Source: Mobula hypostoma (taxonomy: Eukaryota). From it: 64,000 nt of DNA. The stretch spans positions 20,524,001 to 20,588,000 of the forward strand of contig NC_086097.1 of assembly GCF_963921235.1 (NCBI RefSeq), in the 5' to 3' direction. The first letter of the stretch is position 1. Every line of letters begins with the position of its first letter. Of this stretch, positions 11,170 to 22,900 are shown piece by piece. The position numbers and the translations under genes were made by a program. The notes beneath the pieces are model-generated. The model saw nothing but the letters and a program-made list of their open reading frames with translations. It did not search any database and had not been told where the DNA came from.

Positions 11170-13582
11170 AAGCAATTACCATCAACAGATCACTTGCAAT
11201 ACCAGATGAAACAACACACTGGACCATTGATACACCACCATCAAGAATGCCTACTGTGCTATTCCACAGCCTCACTTCGGGAAGTCTGATCACCTGGCTG
11301 TACTTTTACTCCCTGAGTATAGGCAGAGACTGAAGACTGCAGCACCAGTAGTGAGGACCAAGAAGGTTTGGACAGGTGAAGCACAGGAGCGCCTACAGGA
11401 CTGCTTTGAATCAGTGGACTGGACTGTTTTCAGGGATTCATCTTTGAACCTGGATGAGTATGCTGCAGTTGTTACCGACTTCATTAAAACCTGTGTGGAT
11501 GAGTGTGTGCCCACAAAGACTTACTGTACATTCCCAAACCAAAAGCCGTGGATGAACCAGGAGGTACATCATCTGCTGAAGGCTAGATCTGTGGCATTCA
11601 AGTCTGGCAACTCAGGCATGATCTGCAGAGGGATATTTCAAGGGCTGAAGAGACAATTTTGAACGAGGTTGGAGGTGACATTAGATGTACAACTCTGGCA
11701 GGGCTTGCTACTTCCTACAAAGTGAAACCCAACAGCATGAATGGCAGCAATGCTTCACTACCAGATGAACTCAATGCCTTCTATGCCCACTTTGAAAGGG
11801 AGAATACAACTACAGCTGTGAAGATCCCTGCTGCACCTGTTGACCCTGTGATCTCTGTCTCAGAGGCCAATGTTAGGCTGTCTTTAAAGAAAGTGAACCC
11901 TCGCAAGGCGGAAGGTCCCAATGGAGTACCTGGTAAGGCTCTAAAAACCTGTGCCAACCAACTAGCAGGAGTACTCAAGGACATTTTCAACCTCTCACTG
12001 CTACGGACAGAAGTTCCCACTTGCTTCAAAAAGGTAACAATTATACCAGTGCCTAAGAAGAATAATGCGAGCTGCCTTAATGACTATTGCCCGGTAGCAC
12101 TCACATCTGCAGTGATGAAATGCTTTGAGAGGTTGGTCATGACTAGACTGAACTCCTGCCTCAGCAAGGATCTGGACCCATTGCAATTTGCCTATCACCA
12201 CAATAGATCAATGGCAGATGCAATCTCAATGGCTATTCACATGGTTTTAGACCACCTGGACAACACAAATATCTATGTCAGGATGCTGTTCATCAACTAT
12301 AGCTCAGCATTTAATACCATCATTCCCACAATTCTGATTGAGAAGTTGCAGAACCTGGGCCTCTGTACCACCATCTGCAATCCTCGACTTCCTAACCAGA
12401 AGACCACAATCTGTGTGGATTGGTAATAACATATCCTCCTCACTGACAATTAACACTGGTGCACCTCAGGGATGAGCGCTTAGCCCACTGCTCTACTCTC
12501 TATATCCCAAGACTGCATGGCTAGGCATAGCTCAAATACCATCTATAAATTGCTGCTGATACAACTATTGTTGGTGAAATCTCAGATGGAGAAAAGGAGT
12601 AAGATATGCTATCTAGTGGAGTGGTGCCACAGCAAGAACCTGGCACTCAACGGCAGTAAGATGAAAGAGCTGATTGTGGACTTCAGGAAGGGTAAGACGA
12701 AGGAACACATACCAATCCTCAAATGAGGGATCAGAAGTGGAGAGAGTGAGCAGTTTCAGTTCCTGGGTGTCAAGATCTTTGAGGATCTAACCTGGTTTCA
12801 ACATATCAATGTAGTTATAAAGAAGGCAAGTCAGCGGCATTAACTTCATTAGGAGTTTGAAGAGATTTGGTATGTCAACAAATACACTCAAAAACTTCTA
12901 TAGATGTACTGCGGAGAGCATTCTGACAGGCTGCATCACTGTCTGGTATGGGGGTGGGGGTGGGTGGGCTACTGCACAGGACCGAAAGAAGCTACAGAGG
13001 GTCGTAAATCTAGTCAGCTCCATCTTGGGCACTAGCCTACAAAGTACCCAGGACATCTTCAGGGAGTGGTGTCTCAGAAAGGCAGCATCCATTATTAAAG
13101 ACCTCCAGCACCCAGGGCATGCTTTTTTCTCACTGTTACCATCAGGTAGCAGGGGAACATCAACTCTGACCATGAGAGGCCTGCGTCGGGCATTTTCATG
13201 CCTTACAAGGCGCAGATTGGAAATCTGTGGGGCACCACTCCTCGCACAGACTAGAGCAATGTGTGATTCATCAAGTAGGAGATACAGAAGCCTGAAGGCA
13301 CACACTCAGCAATTCAGGAACAGCTTCTTCCCCTCTGTCATCCAATTCCTAAATGGACATTGAACCCTTGGACACCACCTCACTTTTTAAAAAATATATA
13401 GTATTTGTTTTTTTTGCATAATTTTAATCGATTCAATATACGTATACTGTATAAAGTATACTTAATAAGATTATTATTTATTACTATTATTTTGTCTTCT
13501 ATATTATGTATTGCATTGCACTGCTGCTGCTAAGTTAACAAATTTCAGGTCACATGCCGGTGATAACAAACCTGATTCTGAT
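11170..13582 (+). mobile_element. Rex1/Babar-type LINE, 5'-truncated, degenerate
   Basis: End of endonuclease (FGKSDH), [64 protein letters not shown]; (GATTCT)n-like tail. Confidence 0.9.
13150..13268. mobile_element. 119-bp insertion (probably a truncated SINE) inside a Rex1-type LINE
   Basis: TSD CATCA(G/A)GTAG at 13140-13149 / 13269-13278; absent from the paralog at 54834-55208. Confidence 0.8.
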
Positions 13583-14159
13583 CTTCGCAAACTCATTAGA
13601 CCAGTAGAGACGCTGCCGTGCTTATTTTCATAATTACATTTAGTTGCCGGGCCCAGGACAGGTCCTCCGAAATAATAACACTGAGGAACTTAAAGTTGCT
13701 GACCTCTCTGCTTCTGATCCTCCGATTGGGGTTATAAATTCCTTACCCCTTCCTTACCTGAAAGTCATTTTGAACCATTCTGCAGGTTTTTTTTGTTCTA
13801 TTTGTCTGACTTTTAGGCTTTCGTAAGCGAAGAAAATGCATTTAGCGTACATCTTTTAGTACGACGGAAGTAATACAGGGCTGATACTGGAAAATCCGAT
13901 CTGTTTCCAAGAGCATTGATTTTCCGCTTTGATTGAAATTCAAAGTGAACAATTGTGGAGAACCAGGTCCATACCAACAAGTGATCGGATGTCTCACGGC
14001 ACTATTTTATGGGTGCACGCAGTGTGCCGCTGTAATACGCGTACCGAAATATGAGATCACGAGTCTGGCGATAGAAGAAAAACATTTAAAATCATTTAAA
14101 ATATGTTTCGTTGATGGGGTAGTTTAACTACGGCTTCATTTTGAGCTCCTATAGTGTAA

Positions 14160-14280
14160 CAGTGGCGATCCGTCCACGTGCCGGCAGTCTGCGGCCGAAG
14201 GTACCACTGGGATTTGTAGTCTAAATCGCCTAATTGACTACAAACCCGACAGGCCTTGCGTTCCGCGCATGCGTGGACCC
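14160..14280. promoter_or_regulatory. Probable VIPAS39 promoter (CpG-rich; ZNF143/THAP11-type, NRF1 and E-box motifs)
   Basis: Non-repetitive CpG-enriched island. CACGTG 14175-14180; GACTACAAATCCCAG on - strand 14207-14221; GACTACAAACCCGACAGGCCTTGCG 14236-14260; GCGCATGCG 14265-14273. Confidence 0.8.
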
Positions 14281-14334
14281 AGCCTGTTACCTGATCCTGA
14301 GAGGCTGGTGCAGGGTTGATGCATGAGTTCAGGG
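14280..14334 (+). other. VIPAS39: Putative first (5'UTR) exon of VIPAS39; start approximate
   Basis: Lies directly after the promoter motifs and ends at donor GGG|GTGAGT (14335). The ATG exon begins at a splice acceptor, so an upstream exon is needed. Confidence 0.65.
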
Positions 14335-15294
14335 GTGAGTGAGTGGTTGGGGCCAGGGAGCCGACGTCAGTAACTAACTATATGTAAACACAAAATTAGA
14401 TAAGCAAACACTCAGTTATATTGGAGGTTTTATTGTATTTTCACCATGTTTAGAAGATTGTCAGTAGTCGTGGGTGTGTGACTTCCTGTTAGCTCTCAGA
14501 TGTGGTCAGATGCTTACAATTTCTGCCGGAGTGGGCATTGTGGGCTCAAGACTAAAGCTAGAGCTCGGCAATCGAAGATCACTCATTCCACAGCGAGTGG
14601 GGCATTGTCTGAGGTGTCATCAATCAGATGATATTCAAACCGAGCTGCCTCACAAACTACCACGTGACCTTGCATTTTATTGTCTACCTGCGCTCACTTA
14701 CTTTGAAACAATTACACTTTAATCTGCACTCTGTTATTATTTTACCTTGTACTACCTCAATGCACCGTGTAATGAATTGATCAGTATTAACATTTATGCG
14801 AGACAAGCTATTCACTGCCCCTTGTTACATGTGACAATAATAAACTAATTCTGATTCCAATTCAAAGGATGTGTAAGATCTTTATATACTTGTGGAAGGG
14901 ATGGCCTGAGATGTTTATTTAGATGTTATCATTTTCCCTGTATGTGAGTTTGTTGTGCAGAAATCGACTGTCACTTTTCTCACATCACAATGATGATTAA
15001 ATTCAAAAAGTTGATTCGTTCTGAATACTTTAGAATGATTTGAAAGTCTGTTTCTCTGAGATTTTCTTTGCATCAATCAGCTGAACATTCTGATGTTAAA
15101 GTCACAATGTCCATGTCAACAAGTGCCTTTAGTTGCTATCTTTATTAGCTGATGAAATTGGATGAATGCCCATAGCCCTTTTTCCCCATGGCACTGGCAT
15201 ATCCAGTTTCACTCACAAGTGGGCTAGATATGCTGATGTACTGAGTACCGAGTTAGTCAAAGCATCCAGGATCATTACGTTACTTACTTGTGGA

Positions 15295-15752
15295 GGGCCT
15301 CTTATCAAAGAAAGGATGTGCCAGCGTTGGAGAGGATCCAGAGGAGGCTCACGAGAGTTATCCCAGGAACGAAAAGGTTAACGTATGAGGAGTGTTTGAT
15401 GGCTCTAGGCCTGTGCTCGCTGGAGGCTAAAAGAATGGGGGGGGGGTGGGATCTCATTAAATATTGAAAGTCCCAGAGTGGAAGTGGAGAGGATGTTTCC
15501 TATAGTGAGGTGTCTAGGAGCAGATGACACAGCCTCAGCATACAATGGAATTCATTGCCATAAACAGCTGTGGAGGCAAGTCATTGGGTATAACTGAAGT
15601 GGAGTTTGATAGGTTCTTGATTAGTAAGGGTGTCAAAGGATATAGAGAGAAAGCAGGAGAATGGGGTTGAGAGGGGTAACAAATCAGTCATGATGAAATG
15701 GTGGAGCAGTCTCGATGGGCCAAATGGCCTAATTCTACTCCTATGTCTTATG
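15295..15752 (+). mobile_element. CR1 LINE 3' end
   Basis: Same family as 24095-24622 and 43735-44257; tail gatgggccaaatggcctaattct..atgtcttatg. Confidence 0.82.
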
Positions 15753-16447
15753 CTAGCAAATGTGCATCTTTTGCAGCTGCAGATTTATAGTGGCACTCAA
15801 TAAAATAGAATCGTATAAATTCATGGCAGGGGAGAATATCTTCAGCCCTTTGTGTCCTTGCCAGACAAAAGACTAATGTACTATGTTCTTTCTCAGTCCT
15901 CTGTTGTCAGTCTATAATCTTTAGCCTTTTTTAATGCCGTGAGTTCTAATCCCCACCATTCCATGAGTAAATATAAATTAGTTGACTCTCTTTACACAAA
16001 CAGTTACTTACTATGATCCTATTCTGTTTCACTCTTTTATGAAAGACGCTGAGAGTAATTTTGTGCCTCTTCTGTTAGCTAATTTTTTTTTAAAGTCAGT
16101 GACTGAACTACATCTTCTTTGATTTTCTTTTTGGATCAGCATTACTCCATCTCAGGCATTGATCCTCTGAGCCATGAATGAATCAATCAATGAACTTCAA
16201 ATGATGTCTGGTGGAGAGTATATTGACTGGTTGCATCAAAAGAACACAGCAGCGTACACTCGATGAATTCCTCTGTTGATAACTAATAGGAATTAATACA
16301 CAGTTTTATAGTACTGTAGTAGTGTTGGTAATGTTCTAATTTGTTCTGTGTTTTATTTAAATACATAATTTGTTACTCAGTTAAATGGCATTTTTATACC
16401 CTTTGAACTATTTCCGTAAAATTTTGGCTAATTGGGGCAGTCACATA

Positions 16448-16657
16448 GAAGAGAAGATGAAAAACTCTGAGTGGAGTCATCGGGATGCCTTCATGACGGC
16501 GTTTTTTTAGCAGGCTTTCTTATTTTTATGAGGCCGAGTTGCTAGCTGGACACTCAACCCAGCACGGATGGAAAGCGTACAAGGGAGCCGGCTGGATTCG
16601 AACTCGGGAGCCTTCGCTCCAACGTCCGGCACCGATGCCACTACGCCTCCAGCCGGC
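16448..16657 (-). mobile_element. tRNA-derived SINE with RTE-like body
   Basis: A box TGGAGGCGTAGTGG and B box GAGTTCGAATCC on - strand; 15-bp TSD TGGGGCAGTC(A/G)CATA (16433-16447 / 16658-16672). Confidence 0.88.
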
Positions 16658-16848
16658 TGGGGCAGTCGCATAATTGGGCCAAAATGTGTCCTATTTAACT
16701 GGAACCTCTGAATGTAATTTGATAATAAAATTGCTTTGACATTGACTATGATGGGAAACTCAAAACTTGTTAATGTTTAAGGAATGGACTTGCGGTTTAT
16801 AAATGTGATCATTTAAAATGGTGTTCACTGTGTCTTTTATGTTTGCAG

Positions 16849-16941
16849 ATGAGCAGAAATAAAAATGAAGATGACGAATATTGGAACAGCACATGGAACA
16901 AAGGCTTCATGTTTGAAAATGATGACGATGATTTTGCAGAG
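16849..16941 (+). CDS. VIPAS39: VIPAS39 coding exon 1 (93 nt)
   Basis: tttgcag|[34 protein letters not shown]; donor GAG|gcaagt (GC donor). Confidence 0.92.
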
Positions 16942-19900
16942 GCAAGTAAATTGCCTGTATTTAAATTTCCTGTTGATAGTTTCCCCTTTTTTCAGTCTTT
17001 GGATTTGTTGTAAATTGTACATAATGATCCTTTTTGGTGGTGGTGGGGAGGGGGAGAAAGGAGTGTCATTATTTTTCAGAGATAAAGTGCAGAGTAGTCC
17101 CTTCCAGCCCTTTGAGCCCTGTTGCCCCAGCCCCCACCAACATCTCCACTTTCAACCCTACCCTAATCATGGGACAACTTACAAGGACCAGTTAACCTAC
17201 CTGATACATCTTTGGGCTGTGTGAGGAAACTGGAGAACCCGTGCATTCCACGGGGAGGGATATCTTATCTGAGGCACCACAAACTGCTGGCAGCCATTAG
17301 AATGTTATTTTGGACACTTGCACGGTAGTCTTATGCGCAGCAAGCTCTCAGCATCAGGAGCTCAATGTTTGGACAATTAAGGCTGATTTATACTTCTGTG
17401 TCAAATGGACGCCATAACCTACGCAAGTGGCCTACACGCATTGTGAGCATTTATACTTGTGCGTTGGTGTGTCTGCGTCGCTCTGCAATTCGGGCATGTC
17501 ACGCATGTGCGCACATCTGCCCGTGCAAGGCTGCATGGTCATGGTAGTCTTTCTTGGGTAAACAAGTTTAAAGTGAACATCTTTTTTTGTAAAAGCGAAA
17601 TGTGTCCTCCGTAATTTCGGAGGTCTGTAAAGCTTTATGGAAAGCATTGCAGCCAGAGTTCCTTCCCTGCCCTTCAGTCGCCCAATAGGAAGCTATTGCA
17701 GCATAGGAGGAAATGCGATGCTACCAAGCGGACCAATCACAGTTGTTACAGTCTGCGTTGCGGCGATGGATAGTTACATTTTGGGAGAGGTGCGCATCAG
17801 GCTACGGCGTAGGGATCCGCGTAGGCACTGCGTAGGGTTCGCAGCTACGCCGTACCTACAGCGTTGATTTGACGCAGAGGTATAAATCAGCCTTTAATCT
17901 TGTTGCTTGAGAATTTGTTCAGATAAGAATGTAGGCCATCAGAGAATTTTCTATCCTCAGTGGAAGAGGCAGAGGTGATTTGAGTGAAAAGACTTTTGAG
18001 GAAGGGATTTGAAGGGAATGTTTAATGTTTATATGTTCTCTTTTGTTGCATCCTGAGATCTCCCTTTTCCACACCCACATTTCTGGCAATCCATCTTCTG
18101 TCTTCTTGGAATTAATCAGAAACAGATTTAATCACTGGCAGATCTCGTGGAATTTGTTAACTTTGCAGCAGCAGTGCAACGAAAAACATAAAAAAATAGA
18201 AAAAACCATGAATTTCAATATGTATATATGTATGTATGTACATCGAATAGTTAAATTAAATAACGAAAACAGAAATAAAAAAATAGTTTTAATGTCCATT
18301 CAGAGATTGGTTGGCAGATGGGGAAAAAGCTGTACTGAATTGTTGAGTTCCTGTACCTCCTAGGGCATGTCCTAGGTGGTGGGGGTCCTTAATGAGATGT
18401 CCTGGATACTACAGAGACTAGTGTCTGTGATGGAGCTGACTAAATGGACACCTTTCTTCTGCTTACTTTGATCCTGTGCAGTAGCCGCCCCCACCCCCAC
18501 CATACCTGATGGTGATGCAGCCAGAAATCAGTAAAAAACACTCATTGACCCCACCCTCACCCCTCCTTATTACTCCCTGGCCTTTCTGTCACCTGTGTGA
18601 ATCTTCCTTTTTTTCACAACAGCAGATTAGGATCAGTGATCATTTACTGATCAATGTCCTGACGTGGGGTCTCAGCCCGAAATATCAACTATTTATTTCC
18701 CTCCATAGATGCAGCCTGATCTGCCGAGTTCCTCCAGCATTTTGTGTTTGTTGATCATTTACTTTTCCTTGGATCTGACGTAGAAACAGAAGCAGGCAAC
18801 TTAGCCAGTTAGGCCTGCCCAATCCTGAGTCTGTTGACGTTATCCTATTTGGGCGGTGTGTTTCAGACATGGAGGGAAAAAAATAACCCTACCTCAGAAC
18901 TGTAGTCGACAAATCTCAGGCTGGAAACTGCAGAGTGATTAAAGGTTCAAAGTACATTTATTATCAAAGTATGTACACAGAATACAGATTCGTCTTGCTG
19001 TAGGCAGCCACGAAGCACAGAAACACCATGGAGCCTGTTCAAATAAAACATCAAACCCCAAAAAAAGACCAAATTGCACAAATGACAAAAAGCGAGCAAA
19101 TAACACAAAGAATGTCAAACGTCAAACCAGGAGTATTCACTTTAGTTCATATCAGTTCAGTTCAGCGCCACAGTGCTAGCTGATGACAGACCAGAGTCAC
19201 TCTTCACCAAAGCGCCCCGATTAAACCACTCAGCAGCATCCAGAATTACTGACAAAAGCAAAATTATTCTTCTATTGAAGTGGTTTGAGAATAATTACAT
19301 ATTGCAAATTCTGTGCGTAAAATCAATCCCAGTCACTTGCAATGGTGTGTGATTGATGGAAGTATCTCAACATAGATATGTTGGCTACGAAATGATATAT
19401 GAGTAGTTCTTATAAATGATACATAAATTACATAAGTAGTTCTGTCTACTGCCTCATTGGGTGGACGTTAGTGGTAAAATACATTGAGAGATTAGGTTAA
19501 GTGAGTAGCACAATATAGAGACCATAAGAGCAGAATTAGGCCATTTGGCCCATCGAGTCTGCTCCACCATTCAATCATGGCTGATCCTTTTTTTTAATCT
19601 CCTCCTCAACCCCAGTTCCCGGCCTTCTCCCCATAACCTTTGATGCCATGTCCAATCAAGAACCTATCAATCTCTGCCTTAAATACACCCGACAACCTGG
19701 CCTCCACAGCTGCATGCGGCAACAAATTCCACAAATTCACCAGCCTTTGGCTGAAGAAATTTTTCTACAGCTCCATTTTGAAAGGGCGCCCCTCTATCCT
19801 GAGGCTGTGTCCTCTTGTTCTAGACTCTCCCACTATGGGAAACTTCCTTTCTACATCTACATCTCTGTCTAAGCTTTTCAACATTCGAAAGGTTTCAATG

Positions 19901-22900
19901 AGATCCCCCCTCATCCTTCTGAATTCAAACGAGTACAGACCCAGAGCCATCAAATGTTCCTCATATAATAACCCTTTAGTTCCTGGAATCATCCTTGTGA
20001 ACCTCCTCTGGACCCTCTCCAATGCCTTTTCTAAGATGAGGGGCCCAAAACCGTTAACAGTACTCGAGGTGAGGCCTCACCAGTGCCTTATAAAGCCTCA
20101 GCATCACATCCTTGCTCTTGTATTCTAGACCTCTTGAAATGAATGCTAACATGGCATTTGCCTTCTTCACCACCGACTCAACCTTCAGGGTGTTCTGCAC
20201 AAGGACTCCCAAGTCCCTCTGCATCTCAGATTCCTGGATTTTCTCCCCATTTAGAAAATAGTCTTTTCATTTATTTCTACTACCAAAGTACATGACCATG
20301 CATTTTCCAACATTGTATTTCATTTGCCACTTTCTTGCCCATTCTCCTAATCTGTCTGTCCTTCTGCATCCTACCTGTTTCCTCAACACTACCTGCCACT
20401 CCACCAATCTTTTTATCATCTGCAAACTTGGCAACAAAGCCATTTATTCCATTATCTAAATCACATATACAGTATAAAAAGAAGTGGTCCCAACACCAAC
20501 CCCTGCAGAACACCATTAGTTACTGGCAGCCAACCAGAAAGGGATCCTTTTATTCCCACTCACTGCCTCCTACCAATCAGCCAATGCTCTAACCATGTTA
20601 GTAACTTTCCTGTAATATAATGGGCTCTTAACTTGGTAAGCAGCCTCCTGTGTGGCTCCTTGTCAAATGCCTTCTGAAAGTCCAGATTTACAACATCTAC
20701 TGCATCCCCTTTATCTATCCTACTTGTAATCTCCTCAAAGAATTCCAACAGGTTCATCAGGCTGGATTTTCCCTGAAGAAAACCATGCTAACTTTGTACT
20801 ATCTTGTCCTGTGTCACCAAGTACTCTTATCATCTCATCCTTAACAATTGACTCTTAACATCTTCCCAACCACTGAAGTCAGGCTAACTGGTCTATAATT
20901 TCCTTTCTGCTGCCTTCCTCCTTTCTTAAAGAGTGGAGTAACATTTGCAACTTTCCAGTCCCCGGAGCAGACTCGATGGGCTGAATGGCCTAATTCTGCT
21001 CCCATGTATTATGGTCTTATTATGGTCTCTGGCACCATGACAGAGTCCAATGATTTTTGGAAGATTTCTAATGCCACCACAATCTCTAACGCTACCTCTT
21101 TCAGAACCCTAGGGTGCAGTTCCTCTGGTCTGGGTGATTTACGTACCTTTAGGTCTTTCAGCTTTTTGAGCACCTTCTCTCTTGTAATAGTAACTGCACT
21201 CACTTCTGTTCCTTCACACATTATAACATCAGGCGCACTGCTAGTGTCTTCCACAGTGAAGGCTGATGCAAAATATTCATGTAGTTTATCTGCCATCTCC
21301 TCCTCCCCATTATTATTTCTTCTAGCAGTCCTATATCCACTCTTATTTCTCTTTTATTTTTAACATGAAATTTATTTTTAACTTGAAAAATCTTTTACTA
21401 TCCACTTTGATATTATTAGATATCATTATCTAATATCTAATTATGTTAGTACATAATTATGATATGATTAGATAATTAGAATCCATTCATGCAAAGGTAG
21501 TAAATCAAAATGCAGAGAATAATCCGGTGGAATCCAATGGGGCGGTACGGTAGTGTAGCAGTTAGCGCAATCGCTTTACAGCACCAGTGATCACCGATCA
21601 TGGTTCAATTCCTGCTGCTGTCTATAAGGAGTTTGTACGTTCTTCCCATGACTACATGGGTTCCCTCCAGATGCTCCAGTTTCATCCCACATTCCAAAGA
21701 CATACAGAATAGGGTTAGTGAGTTGTGGACGTGCTACGCTGGTGCAGGAATATGGTGACACTTGCTGGCTCCCCCCAGCACAAGCCTCAGACTGTTGGTT
21801 ATTGACACAAAATGATGCTTTTCACTGTGTGTATCGATGTACATTTGACAATTAAAGCTAATTTCAGAATAGGGGTTCCATCCATTTTCCAGTTTGTTAC
21901 TTTAAGTAAACATTTAGCCTTTATTAATAAGTGTTTTAATTGGAAGTGTGTATCATCACTGATGTGAGACTAATTGTGTTGCAGTGCTCTGATAGGAATA
22001 GGGCTATAAACATAACTACAGAAATGGCATCAGAGCCATCAGCCCAACCCCTAATTTCTACCTTACCATACAACCAAGGGATCGTTGCAAACCAGCGATC
22101 CCTGCTGATGTGCGTGTGGCTCTTGCATGATCAGTTGATTGTAGGTTTGAGATGCCTATTTCTACGAAGTTCTATTAGAGTGTTTTAGGAAATGGAACAT
22201 AGAACTGTACATCTCGGTACAGGTCCCTCGGCCCATGTTGTTGTGCTGACCAGGTGGTAAGAGTGGGCTCCCTCACCTCTGCCCCCCTGACCCTCAACAC
22301 AGGTGCCCCTCAGGGCTGTGTCCTAAGCCCCCTGCTTTACTTACTGTATACCCATGACTGTGTTGCTACACCCAGCTCCAATCTGCTAATTAAATTTGCC
22401 GACAACACAATACTGCTTGGCCTAATCTCAAAATAATAATGAGGCAGCTTACAGAGAGGAAGTCACCAACCTGACACAGTGGTGTCAAGAAAACAACCTC
22501 TCCCTCAATGTCGCAAAAACAAAGGAGATGGTTGTGGACTACAGGAGGAATGGAGACAGGCTAACCCTATTGACATCAATGGATCTGGGGTTGAGAGGGT
22601 GAACAACTTTAAGTTCCTTGGCATAAACATCACCGAGGATCTTGTGTGGTCTCTATAGACCGGCTGTGTGGTGAAAAAGGCACAACAGCGCCTCTTTCAC
22701 CTCAGATAGTTGAAGAAGTTTGGTACGGGTCACCAAATCCCAAGAACTTTCTATAGAGGTACAATTGAGAGCATCCTGACTGCCTGATATGGGAACTGTA
22801 CTTCCTTCAATTGCAGGATACTGCAGAGAGTGGTGCAGACAGCCTGGCGCATCTGTAGATGTGAACTTCCCACTATTCAGGGCATTTACAGAGACAGATG

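Noticed and set aside
1..14200. AHSA1 as the head-to-head neighbour
   Set aside because: No MAKWGEGDPRW-like exon or other AHSA1 peptide was seen on the - strand.
20963..21028. Inverted segment inside the CR1 at 19517-21420 as a structural RNA
   Set aside because: It is a short 5'-truncated insertion of the common CR1 tail in the opposite orientation.
21539..21620. tRNA gene (also 16580-16657, 43170, 45300)
   Set aside because: A/B boxes run straight into SINE bodies with no full cloverleaf; these are SINE heads.
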